Shown here piece after piece: positions 1 to 12,777 of a stretch of DNA of 64,000 bases. This DNA comes from Octopus vulgaris (taxonomy: Eukaryota), in contig OX597830.1 of NCBI GenBank assembly GCA_951406725.2, positions 54,436,001 through 54,500,000 of the forward strand. Reading direction: 5' to 3'. The notes under the pieces were generated by a model that did not search any database, was not told where the DNA came from, and worked only from the letters and a program-made list of their open reading frames with translations. The position numbers and the translations under genes were made by a program. Position 1 is the stretch's first letter, and every line of letters starts with the position of its first letter.

Positions 1-663
1 TCTACTGCGTGACATTTTCGTTATTCTGCTCTAGCCACAGGCTGATCAATCCTTGTGACTGGATTTGGTAGACAGAAACTGAAAGCTCGTCGTCGTGTGT
101 GTGTGCATGTGCCTTTGTGTTTGTTTTCCATCACCGTTCGAAGACCGGTGTTGGTTTCTTTACGTCCCCGTAACTTAGCGTTTCTGTAAAAAGAGATCGA
201 CAAAATAAGTACCAGGCTTAGAACAAAATACATACTGGAATCGATTTCTTTATGGCGGTGCTGCAGAATGGCCGCAGTCTAGATATAATTAAATTATGTA
301 CAAATGTACATAATTTAATGGTATTTTAATGGGGGTTTTTTTCAGTTATAACTTTTTAGGGGTCAATTTAATATACAGAAACTTATAATGATTGTTTCAA
401 TATTAATGTAAACATACAGATTCTTTTATATATGTAATGTTTTTTAATGATATAAAATTAAATATAAACAAACGTAAGCATTTTAAATATTTTTCAATAT
501 TGGATTCAATATTAAGTAATGCCATTATTTGCAATATTTTTTAAAATGAAATAATATAGAAATGTAAGCTTTTTATATTTAATAAGAATTTCCAGTGATA
601 ATAGATTTAAAATATACAAACGAGTATTTTTAATGAAAGTTTAACGATATTTTTCATTGAAAA

Positions 664-896
664 GGTGGCGAGCTGGCAGAAACGTTAGCACGCCGGGCGA
701 AATGCGTAGCCGTATTTCGTCTGTCGTTACGTTCTGAGTTCAAATTCCGCCGAGGTCGACTTTGCCTTTTATCCTTTCGGGGTCGATAAATTAAGTACCA
801 GTTACGCACTGGGGTCAATGTAATCAACTTTATCCGTTTGTCTGTCCTTGTTTGTCCCCTCTGTGTTTAACCCCTTGTGGGTAGTAAACAAATAGA
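664..896 (+). mobile_element. tRNA-derived SINE, family A. Further copies near 4861-5345, 16510-16955, 24770-25760, 30170-30365, 46205-46395, 48350-48570, 54046-54463, 58589-58820 and 63863-64000.
   Basis: Repeated head GGCGAGCTGGCAGAA...GTTCAAAT (A/B-box-like) and core GCCTTTCATCCTTTCGGGGTCGATAAA. Confidence 0.85.
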
Positions 897-1046
897 TATT
901 TTTCAATGAAAAATATAAAAATGTTTATTTTTCAAAAAATATTAAAAAATTTTTCAGTGCATGTTTTTTAATGATGCTTGAATGTTTTATCGTAACAAAA
1001 TATATATAACGTTCAAGGAAATGTTTGTTTATTATATTTCATGTAG

Positions 1047-1991
1047 ATGGTGATAACAGATATAAAAGATCACAGCTACTACATATACGGTATCGCCCAA
1101 CCTCCTGCCGGCAGTCACTTAAGTGGCAGAAGTATTTTCCTTATTTGTCTTACCAGCGCAATTATAAGCCTCTGCTCTCTCATAATTGTGGCATTGTCTA
1201 AAGATTGGTCAAAGTACTGGAATCCCTATAGAAAATGTCTACTTGGTGTACTGTTTACATCACTTATTTTTGGAATAGTCAGCCTTTGCATAGAAGCTTA
1301 CTTAGAAAGCAATCACGGAAAATGGAATTTGGGAGCAAATTTTTGTATTTTATGGCATGCGTTGTCTAGAACTATTCAAGACGCGGCTAATATAAGTATG
1401 ATTTGTTTGAATATCGATCGGTGTGTTTCACTTCTAAAGCCACAGGTTTACATGTCAAAATGCTATGAATATGGCATTCATATTAGTTTGCTTTCGATGG
1501 CAATTTTAAGTGCTTTAATCAATCTAATAGTTATGTTCCTCAATTTCAATAATGCTCATCACGACACACGTGATAACGATACATGCCATCTGTTACAAGA
1601 TATTCTCTTCCCCTATTTTTCCCTGTTTTTGCTCGTCTTGCTCCTATCGTCTGCCATTGCACTAGTGGCTTCAACTTCAAAGACCAAATTTTATCCTTCC
1701 CTAAAGATGGACGACAAACGCATCGGTTGTGTCATGCCTATTTTGTTGACTGATTTTTCCATCGTTTTCTTATGTCTTGTGCCAAGAATTGTCCAAGTTA
1801 TCTTAATAAGCAACTCATCTGGTGTAATAATACCTTACCATTATACTGTAGAAACGCTACGTGTCCTAAACTATGCTGATTGGTCAAGCTTCGTCTTCCT
1901 GCCGTTTCTTTTGCTTTTTGATGCTAACATAATAAAAAGCATTAAAAATATATTCTCCTGTAAGCAGCGATCTCGGAAGTTCGACTTGTGA
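1047..1991 (+). CDS. Intronless divergent rhodopsin-class (family A) GPCR, 314 aa, orphan
   Basis: Intact 314-aa ORF with about 7 hydrophobic segments. ECL1 WNLGANFC (WxxGxxxC). C3.25 lies exactly 25 residues before the R of a DRC (DRY-type) motif. ECL2 Cys (DTC) and TM6 FLCLVP (CWxP-like). The ATG directly follows ...catgtag, so an upstream exon is possible. Confidence 0.85.
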   Translation: MVITDIKDHSYYIYGIAQPPAGSHLSGRSIFLICLTSAIISLCSLIIVALSKDWSKYWNPYRKCLLGVLFTSLIFGIVSLCIEAYLESNHGKWNLGANFCILWHALSRTIQDAANISMICLNIDRCVSLLKPQVYMSKCYEYGIHISLLSMAILSALINLIVMFLNFNNAHHDTRDNDTCHLLQDILFPYFSLFLLVLLLSSAIALVASTSKTKFYPSLKMDDKRIGCVMPILLTDFSIVFLCLVPRIVQVILISNSSGVIIPYHYTVETLRVLNYADWSSFVFLPFLLLFDANIIKSIKNIFSCKQRSRKFDL

Positions 1992-2656
1992 CTCTGAAAT
2001 ATGAAACTTCTCGTTAAATGATACAAAAACCTTCATGTTCTTCGGTCCGTTAACAATAATTTAAAACCATCGCTGATTTTAGAGAGCGGTATCTCTTATC
2101 ACATCGGATTCGCTGTCTTTGGATAAATATACGTTTGGTGGAAGGATATTTCACAGAAATTCAGGAAAAAGTGACTATTTTTTTACTTCTAGAAAGAAGA
2201 ACAGTTCAATAAAATTAATAAATGAAATACAATACTGATTTCTTGTTATTTATTTATTTATTTATTTATATACAAAGTAAAATTTTGGAGGAACGATATG
2301 TTGTGGCATTCATACATTTCACTTACTTATTATATAAAAAAATATTTGTAACAACTTTTCTTTTGAAATATCTTTTCTTTTATATTCTTTCATTCTTTTA
2401 CCTGTTTCAGTCATTTGACTGCAACCATGCTGGAGCATCGCCTCGACTCTAAGACTTATTTCTTAAACCTAGTACTTAATCTATCGGTCTCTTTTGCCGA
2501 ACCACTAAGTTACGGGAACGTAAAACACACCAACACCGGGAACGTAGACACACAGACACGTAAACACACAGACACGTAAACACACACACACACACACACA
2601 GAGACACACCCACACACACTCACTCACATACGGATTCATACATATATGTATATATA

Positions 2657-3650
2657 CAGAGAGCGATGGGTAAATTGTCACCATTTTATATTTTTAATTT
2701 CGTGCATGTGCATTGTGTCTTTTTGATTTTGTTAACTACACGGTATAGTAGGGTCAGTTGGGCGCCATCTGTGAGAAAAACAGTACCATGACGCAATTTA
2801 CTCTGCCAGAAATTTGGAAATGGCATGCTGTACTGCTTGATATTCGCGCCGGAAGCTCCAATACGAACATTTCAGAGTGTTTAGGTGTCAATCTGAGGAC
2901 AGTGTAGAGGATATGGAAAGCGTTGGATGAGCCTAATGGTGATTATGAAGGTATGGCAGTTCGGAAAACTCACTGATTGTTCTGAATTCCTGAATTTGCT
3001 GGTGAGATCCAGGCAATGATTGACAATGATCCCTCAAAGTCAATCAGGTCCATCACGAGAGACATGGGAGTGTCTGAGTTTCTTATCAGATAAGTAGAAA
3101 TACATGAGAACAGGCCAATCTTTATCCCTAGCCATCAAGTACAAGAGAGAAGACTGCGCTACGAAGCTTCTAAACAAACTCAAGCATTCTGTCCAATCGA
3201 ATATGTACACGAGAAAAATATCTGCCAGGGTCAGATGGTGAACACACAGAACAACCGCTGGATTGCCGTGTCCCCAAAACATGTACCGAGAGTGATAAAA
3301 ATCAAAGTCCAGTCAACATCACATCATGGTATTTGGAGTGATCACTAGTGATGGCGACGTTATGCCTCCATTCATCTTCCCACACGACCTCAGACTCAAC
3401 ACGGAGGCCTACATCAAGTGCCTTTAGGAGGTAGTGCTGCTCTGTATCAAGAGGGTGGCTGCAGGAAGACCCTATATCTGGCAATAAGACTGTACCATGC
3501 CAAACAAGTAGGAGAACCCAGTCATGGCTGTCAGACAATTTCTGCGACCACATCAATCCAAACATATTTCCGCCTAACTTCCCAGACCGCACCACCCCCT
3601 TGATTATTATGTGCGAGGCGCAGTTGGGCGAGAGACCAACAAAACTGATA
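2657..3650 (+). mobile_element. Decayed Tc1/mariner-superfamily transposon with a disrupted transposase
   Basis: Starts TA|CAG. Fragments translate to an HTH (ISECLGVNLRTV), MVFGVITSDGDVMPPFIF and WLSDNFCDHINPNIFPPNFPD (WPPxSPD-like), with stops and frameshifts. Confidence 0.8.
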
Positions 3651-4267
3651 ATTGTGATCATTGTCTTTTGGTTTCCTGTAGCTTTGCTCTCTTTTACAAA
3701 CCCAGATAACATACATATATTTCCGATTTCAAAGTAATTTGAACACTAGATATAAGACCCAAGTTAAAAAGGTTCTCAACAATTCAACTTCTTTGGTTGA
3801 CTTAAAGACACCCCTTCGGCCTTAACTCCCAAATTTCAGAGCCCCATGACCTCCATTTTTCAGGAGCAGAAACCTTTGAATAGGTTCCATAAAATTTGGA
3901 TTTTGGAATCTGGGCGTAAAGATGAATAGTGTGAGATAAATGTGTCATGATTAGAATTTTTGCTAGGGTATGTAAAGAGGGAAAGAACCCTCATTAAAAT
4001 CCTTCATCTGTAATTTTGATGAAATTCGAATCATGGGAATTCCAGTTCATTAAAGAAAATATAAAAGAAATGTCTAATTCTTCAATGTCATGTGACACGA
4101 GCAACGCCGAGTATCTCTGCTAGTATTTTATAAATCTCGATGTACCAAATATAAAGAAAAAGCTTTAAACATACTTTCGTGTTGTTTCCACCTTAACTTT
4201 TTAGCAGTAACTTTTGATTGGTAGGGGCTCAACCCTTTTGTAAGTATATATACATATACATATATAC

Positions 4268-4430
<163 letters not shown>

Positions 4431-4860
4431 CATACACACACACACACACACACACACAATGCACATGTGCAGACGCACCCTTTCTGGAGAACACTACAGC
4501 CTTCAGTCGCTACCCAACCACCACCGTTTCTTCTCATGTCAAATAAATGAAATGGGTCACCAGATAGCAACCTTATTGTTTCGACAGGTAAAAGTAGACC
4601 AGATTATACACATATAGACTCGCGCATGCACACACACACACACACACACAAATATGCCCGCGCGCGTGTGCTTGTGTGTGATCTTGTCAAGGAAACGTCT
4701 CAACACTACATAGACTCACCGACAGATTAAACTGTCCCCAGTCTTCCACAGACTCTGGAACCACAGAACAGAAGAATCATCAACGTAGTTCCAGAAAAGC
4801 GCTAAGTTCCAACCATTGTTTAACTAAGAGCCGGTCACTTCATCAACTATTCTGACCACA

Positions 4861-5345
4861 CCTATTTCTTTACTACCCACAAGGGGCTGGCTAAACACAG
4901 AAGGGACAAACAAGGACAGACAAACGGATTAAGTCGATAATATCGACCTCAGTGCGTAACTGGTACTTATTTAATCGAGGGCGGCGAGCTGGCAGAAGCG
5001 TTAGCACGCCGGGCGAAATGCGTAGCCGTATTTCGTCTACTGCTACGTTCTGGGTTCAAATTCCGTCGAGGTCGACTTTGCCTTTCATCCTTTCGGGGTC
5101 GATTAAATAAGTACCAGTTACGCACTGGGGTCGATATAATCGACTTAATCCGTTTGTCTGTCCCTGTTTGTCCTCTCTGTTTTTAGCCCCTTGTGGGTAG
5201 TAAAGAAATAGGTACCTATTTAATCGACCCCGAAAGGATGAAAGGCAAAGTCGACCTCGGCGGTATTTGAACTCAGAACGTAGCGACAGACGAAATACTG
5301 CTGAGCATTTCGCCCGGCGTGCTAACGTTTCGGCCAGCTCGCCGT
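4861..5345. mobile_element. Nested SINE-A pair: a + copy (about 4979-5210) inserted into a - copy
   Basis: About 17-bp target duplication ggtac(t/c)tatttaatcga flanks the inner copy; the outer copy resumes at ccccgaaaggatg. Confidence 0.8.
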
Positions 5346-5706
5346 CTTGACCACACCGCTATTCTGACCACAGCACTCACCTTCGAATAGCAGCCATCAG
5401 CAACATACATTATTAGGGCACCAGAAAGTGAATAGAGGGTGAATAGACGAACCTATGAAGCAGCATTTACACTGCAGTCACTCGCCCAGCAAGAAATAGC
5501 AGCTAACCTTTTATAGTCTAGATTATTTTATTTATAAATGACATTGAACAATGGACTCTTTGTTTGATGCATGAACGACAGATTGATCATGGATAGAACA
5601 GCTTTTTATTTTATGTCTGCCTGGTAAAGACCAACATAGGTCTAAATAATAACAACAGCAACAGTACCGCCATTGTCAACACCAGCCAAACAAAATCAAC
5701 AACAGG

Positions 5707-6050
5707 AGGCGTAGGAGTGGCTGTGTGGTAAACAGCTTGTTTACGAACCACATGGTTCCGGGTTCAGTCCCACTGCGTGGCACCTTGGGCAAGTGTCTTC
5801 TACTATAACCTCGGGCCGACCAAAGCCTTGTGAGTGAATTTGGAAGATGGAAACTGAAAGAAGCCCGTCGTATATATGCATATGTATATATGTGTGTATA
5901 TGTTTGCGTGTCTGTGTTTTTCCCCCCTACATCACTTGACAACCGATGCTGGTGTGTTTATGTCACCGTAACTTAGCGGTTCGGCAAAAGAGACCGATAA
6001 AATAAATACTAGGCTTACAAAGAAAAAGTCCAGGGGTCGATTTTCCCGAC
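5707..6050 (+). mobile_element. tRNA-derived SINE, family B. Also near 1-285, 2390-2560 (-), 6328-6600, 7615-7965, 41815-41965 and 57652-58057.
   Basis: Head GGAGTGGCTGTGTGGTAA...GGTTCAGTCCC, internal microsatellite, tail GGCGGTGCTCCAGCATGGCC. Confidence 0.85.
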
Positions 6051-6503
6051 CTTGAATAAAGACCAGCAATGATATACAACAACTGTAGAGAAGTAACCTC
6101 GTTAACGGGGATAAACAAGCTGTCCCTTGATTCACAATTGTTGATCCAACGGTAACGTACAAAATTAAGGCCCTTAGTGACAGGAAAAAAATCTAAAATC
6201 CGAAGAAACCAATGAGTGATTGCGTCAGCAATATAACTGCTGACAAACTGTTATTCAGGACGTCAGCTTTTTAATTTTTCTTTCTTGCAAATCCTTATTG
6301 TGATCTGAATATATTGTTACTCAATATAGGCGCAGGAGCGGTTATGTGCGTAGACACTGGAGTGGTTGGGTGGTAAGTAGCTTGCTTACCAACCACATGG
6401 TTCTGGGTTCACTTTGGGCAAGTGTCTTTTACTATAGCCTCAGGCCGGCTAAAGCCTTGTGAGTGGATTTGGTAGACGGAAACTGAAAGAAGCCCGTCGT
6501 ATA

Positions 6504-6580
<77 letters not shown>

Positions 6581-6609
6581 ACATACATATATGATTTTGA
6601 TTTGATTTT

Positions 6610-7612
6610 TGATTTTTCCAGTTACAGCTCATGAGCTGTGGCCATGCTGGGGCACCGCCATTTGGTTTGCTACATGATTTTACCTCACGAATGCTTTTTA
6701 GCAACTGCCATTTGGTGCATGAGAGAGTTCGATGCAGCTGCCCTCATCTGCACCTCCTGCCGAGAAGTTGGTTCATCCGGGACACTTGACAGGAAGAGAT
6801 CCAGTCCTACTTTAAAGACATCCGCATCTACATCATGCAGGTCCCTCAGGTTCTTCGGGAGGATATTGAAGAGCTGTGGGCCTCTGAAGCCCAGGCTATC
6901 ACAGTATCTTGTCCTACATCTTGATGGCAAATTTGGAGTCCTTGGTACCACACAGTGGCGCCCGGTTCTGGCATTTGTGTGACTCTCGATGCCAAAGTTT
7001 GGGACAAGTCCCTCCAGGATCTTCCAGATATATATTATGGCATATCTTTCCCGCCTACGCTCCAAGGAATAGAGTTTTAATCTCCTGAGTCTTTCCCAGT
7101 AGCTTATATGCTGCACAGAGGCTATCTTCTTCGTGTAGCTTCGTTGGATCGCCTCAAGTTCTGTGATCAACTTGACACTGGATGGTGACCATAGCTGAGA
7201 GCAATAGTCAAAGTGGCTTAGGACAAGTGTCTTCCAGAGGACCATCATGGTTTCTTGTTCTCTTGTTCTAAAGGTTCTAAGAATCCATCCGGCCAGCCGT
7301 CTACATTTCATTGCCAGTTTAGCAACATGTACATGAAAGGTCGCGTCATCACTCATGTGAATACCCAGGTCACGCACTGATTGTGCCTCTGGGATTGCAA
7401 TCCCTCCGGGTCCAGTCTATTCATTGGGTATTGCATTCAGTTTTGCATGCTGATAGCATAAAGCTTGAAACTTTTCAGCATTGAACTGCATGCTATTCTT
7501 TTCTGCCCACCTGTATATTTTGTCCAGCTCACATTGCAGGTGCTTAGTGTCTTCAGGGTTGTGTATTGCCTGTGAAACTTTTGTATCATCTGCATAACTT
7601 GTGATCGTGGCT
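6610..7612 (-). mobile_element. CR1/L2-type LINE 3' fragment (reverse transcriptase C-terminal part), frameshifted
   Basis: YADDTK and RDLGI motifs in ORFs 7417-7674 and 6685-7377; LYSLERRRER. Confidence 0.9.
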
Positions 7613-8522
7613 ATACTCTTACTCTTTACTCTTTTACTTGTTTCAGTCATTTGACTGCGGCCATGCTGAAGCACCGCCTTTAATCGAGCAAATCGACCCC
7701 GGGACTTATTCTTTTGTAAGCCCAGTACTTATTCTATCGGTCTCTTTTGCCGAACCGCTAAGTAACATATATATATGTTTGTGTGTCTGTGTTTGTCCCC
7801 CCCCCCAACATTACTTGACAACCGATGCTGGTGTGTCTCCGTCACTTAGCGGTTCCGCTTACAAAGAATAAGTCCTGGGGTCGATTTGCTCGACTAAAGG
7901 CGGTGCTCCAGCATGGCCGCAGTCAAATGACCGAAACAAATAAAAGAATAAAAGAAAAAAGAATAAAGTCGTATTTGGATTGTACTTCAACTAATAATGC
8001 GCAATCCACATCATCTGCCGCTTAGGTAACTGTATTCAATGAAGACTAACAGTAACTGACACACAACAAATGTAGCACCGCGTGGGCCAAATCTTTAGCC
8101 GAGAAACCCTTATATTTAGAAACCCTTTCATAAAAGACCTTCTACTAAGTACATGCAAATGGAGCCGCCGTCGTCGTCGTCGTCGTCGTCGTCGTCACCA
8201 ACAGAATTCCGGTTTGTTGTATAACAATGGAAACTTTTAACCCAGACGGTGTTTTTATTTGTTAATCATGGCCTAAACTGCAACGAAGACTGGCTGTGAA
8301 ATATGTCATACGCCACGTCTCAACTCCCACACAATAGCAAAATCTACATACATAGTCGTGTAGTATGAAGGCCAGAAGTTTGCATTGCAAAAATATGGTC
8401 TCGGGTTCTGTCTCGCAATCTCGCAACTTAGGCGAATATCTTTCGATATAATTCCGGGGCCACCAGAGTTTTATGTGTTGATTTGGAAGAGGGAAACTGA
8501 AAGGTGGTGTGTGTGTGTATGT

Positions 8523-8598
<76 letters not shown>

Positions 8599-8780
8599 CT
8601 TTGTATATGTCTCACCACCGCTTGAAACCAGATGTTGATTTAAATACGTCCCCGTAACTTAGCTTTAAGTATGTATGCGTATGTATGCGTATGTGCGTAC
8701 GCACATGTATGTGGATTGCACATGCAAGTGTGTGTGTGTGTATATGTATATCTATACATATACATATACATATACATACA

Positions 8781-8839
<59 letters not shown>

Positions 8840-9031
8840 TTTGATACTTTGATAGGTTTCGGCCATTATTGGCCCAGGCCATGTCTAACTTAATAGCACC
8901 ACCTGGTGAAGTCTTTCAAGTCAGAATTTGGGCACTATGGCCCAATACACCGGAGTAAACATATAAATGTGAAACAAGGTGGAAAAAGAGTACTCAAATA
9001 CCAGTGGTAGAGTAATATGCTTTAAATAAAG

Positions 9032-9094
<63 letters not shown>

Positions 9095-9196
9095 TCGGGG
9101 TGAGTACTTGATAATTATAAGCACCTGTGTATACTGTTTGGTGGTGTAGGTGGTGGAGTAAATTGATCAAAATAAAAACATGATGCGAAGGATTCA

Positions 9197-9274
9197 GCGG
9201 TACATATGTTTCGGGCCTTTATTAGACAGATTTATAACAATGCATAATGTATGTCTGTGGCCTTCTTCAGCCGC
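9197..9274 (-). ncRNA. Type I hammerhead ribozyme (Penelope-LTR type) with long stem II
   Basis: Minus strand reads GCGG-CUGAAGA-aGGCC...GGCCc-GAAA-CAUAUG-UA-CCGC. Stem I is GCGG/CCGC, helix III is the palindrome ACAUAUGU, and the site is GUA. Confidence 0.7.
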
Positions 9275-9790
9275 GCACAACAGCTTCCACAAGGACATGT
9301 GTTACATCAAGAATTCTTGGTTGGGGATGCAAATCCTCTCATTCGCGTACGACATAATGCGGCAGCAGCATAGAATTGAAGCGTCCATCTCTTTCTTCTC
9401 TCAATGTAGAATGAGGAAATTTGGATGTTGAAGTAATGTAAATAAATAAATACATATATTGACGTGAAGATGGAGGGGCGAGAATTCAGGACGAGGGATA
9501 AAAAATGTATAAAAGGTGTAAGTATAGAAAAATATAAAAGTGTAGAGTATAAAGATATAAAGGGATATAAGGAGATGTGAAGGGGGTATAAAGAATATAA
9601 AGAAATATAAAGAAATATAAATAAATGTAAAGGCATGAGGTTATAAAGTAAAAATAGAAATAGAAATAAAAGTAAAAAGTAAAAAGATAAAAATAGGAAT
9701 AAACATGATAAAAATGTAAAAAGATGAAAGAATATAAAGATAAGGGATGTATAGAGGTTACGGACCAAACATGGTGGTCAGGAGATTGAT

Positions 9791-9827
<37 letters not shown>

Positions 9828-9902
9828 GTAAATATATGTATATGAGAGCGTGTGCATGTGTATTTGTGTGTGTATATATATGTGTGTGTGTGCATATATA
9901 TC

Positions 9903-9975
<73 letters not shown>

Positions 9976-10121
9976 GGAGAGAGAGAAATATGTGAGCGTA
10001 TTCAGTGCTGATTTATCTGTTTCGTGGTTTTAAAGTCTGTGGAAGACTGCAGACAGTTTATTCCCTTGGTGGGTCTACGCTGTGTTGCGATGTTGCCTTG
10101 GAGAAATCACACATAAGCACA

Positions 10122-10196
<75 letters not shown>

Positions 10197-10720
10197 GTAT
10201 ATGTATATATATATACAACGGTCTCCTTTCAATTTCCCTCCCAAATCAACTCACAAAGATTCGGTGGGCCTGGACTATGGTGATGGACCCTTGCCGAAAA
10301 TGCAACACTGTGGGACAGAACCCGAAACCGTGCTTTTGGGTAGCACGCTTATTACCTTCGTACTAAATAGCCATGTATGTGAAATATGTTATTGTATTGG
10401 AGAAGAGGCGTGAGCCATGGCACATATTTCACAGCCCACCTTCGTTGCAATTTAGGCCATTCTCACAGAATGGGCTAAACAGAACAAGAGGACGCGCGTG
10501 GAATGGGGGAGTCACTGAAGAGGTCGAAAATGTGTGACGAAAGATTTCCAGACAATGGACATCAGATAAAATAAGAACAACAATAAACGAGTGAACAATG
10601 ATTATATGGTGCGTGTGTTTATCTGGCGATAAAAGAACAAATAACCCTGTCGAAATATAACAATAGCTGTTTCAACACGCGATTTCACATCAGGAATCTT
10701 GCAAAACAAATGCCAAAACG

Positions 10721-10768
<48 letters not shown>

Positions 10769-10816
10769 ACGAAAACGTAGCTGTGTTAGTCGTTGTCGTC
10801 GTCATCGTTGTTTTAA

Positions 10817-10866
<50 letters not shown>

Positions 10867-11018
10867 CTAATAGTAGTAGTGGTGGTGCTGGTGGTTTTGG
10901 TGGTGGTGTTGCTAGTGGTAATGGTGATAGTGACTACAGGTGATAGGATTCTGTGAAACAATGCGTCTGCACCTGAGCATTGTGAGTGCGTGTGTGTGTG
11001 TATGTGTGTGTGTATGTG

Positions 11019-11091
<73 letters not shown>

Positions 11092-11104
11092 GTGTGTGCG
11101 TGTA

Positions 11105-11138
<34 letters not shown>

Positions 11139-11592
11139 AAGTTAATCCAAACAAGAAAACACAGAAAAAAAGAGAAAAAAACACACCAACGCAGGACGTG
11201 GAACAATTAAAGTATTATTGACGCTCAAACACACACACATACACATATACAATCACACACACATATACATATACACATATACATGAATTTGCTTTGCGGG
11301 AAGGATTGTTTCCACGAAGTCGCGTTTTGTCCTTGCCTTCGAGGGCGGAGTTGATGAAACAGGGACAATTGATGAAGGGGAATATTCTTTATGTTGCATA
11401 TCTCGTTTCTCTGTATTTTGTTTCGTTGTTCGGAAAAAAGTTCGTTTTCTATGTTTTTGTTTTTATGTTTACGTTTCTCATGTGTTCAAGGTGTTTTTGA
11501 TGTTCTATACCCATATATGCATGTATATATACTTATATATCGAGGTATATACATATATGTATGTATGTATGTGTGCATATATTTATATATTA

Positions 11593-11649
<57 letters not shown>

Positions 11650-12132
11650 TTGTGTGTGTGAAGGCATAAGGCCTAGTGGTTAGAGCAGCGGAATCGCGGT
11701 CGGGGGATCGCTGGTTCGAATCTCAAACCGGGCGGCTCCACGCGATTCCGGCGGAAGGTAATGGCGAACTTCTGCTGACTCTTCGCCACAACTTTCTCTC
11801 AATCTTTCCTCATGCATCTTGCAGCTCGCCTGCGACGGACCGGCGTCCCGTCCAGGTGGGGAACCTATACGCCAAGGAAACCGGCCTTATGAGCCAGGCG
11901 TGGCTCAAGAAGGAACAAACAATATATACATATATATTACTGGTGAAGGCTTGTTTATAGGGTTACTCTCGGTTTCTTGCCATAAAGAGTATCTTTACGG
12001 CGAGAAACCCAGGATAACCCTATAAACAGGAATTCACCAGTAATAAATATAGACTGCTCTGCTTCTTAGAGTGTGCATGTTCTCCGTTTTTAGGGTTTTC
12101 TATACATACATACATACATACATATATATATA

Positions 12133-12199
<67 letters not shown>

Positions 12200-12274
12200 T
12201 TAAACACACACACACAATAAACTGGCGCAGACGTACTCTTTCAGGGAATACTGCAGCCTGCAGTTACCACCGCC

Positions 12275-12318
<44 letters not shown>

Positions 12319-12467
12319 GCTGCTGCTAGTGGTGCTGCTGCTGTTGCTGTTAACACTTCATCTGACACCGCATAAATCAAGTGAATGAACAAATAGTTAC
12401 GTTATTCTGTTGGCAAGTAAATGTGGAGCAAGTGGTGATAGTACACATATATGTATATGTGTGTATG

Positions 12468-12537
<70 letters not shown>

Positions 12538-12543
12538 TGTATG

Positions 12544-12580
<37 letters not shown>

Positions 12581-12721
12581 CCATTTACAGATATGTATAT
12601 GTATATAAGTTGATACATATACAGGTGCTTACATTTATCAAGTATTCACCCTGAATTTATTGTATATACATATATATATATATATATCATATCATATTAT
12701 ATATATATACACATACATATA

Positions 12722-12777
<56 letters not shown>

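Noticed and set aside
3720-4125. Unique-looking segment ending in a Helitron-like 3' end (CGAGCAACGCCGAG...CTGCTAG) as possible gene capture
   Set aside because: No identifiable 5' TC terminus or recognisable coding content; too weak to call
6685-7377. 230-aa ORF as a host gene
   Set aside because: It is the C-terminal part of a LINE ORF2, 5'-truncated and frameshifted
8159-8224. Short ORF MEPPSSSS... at the end of the duplicated upstream block
   Set aside because: About 21 codons, mostly (TCG)n, with no splice donor; not supportable as a gene
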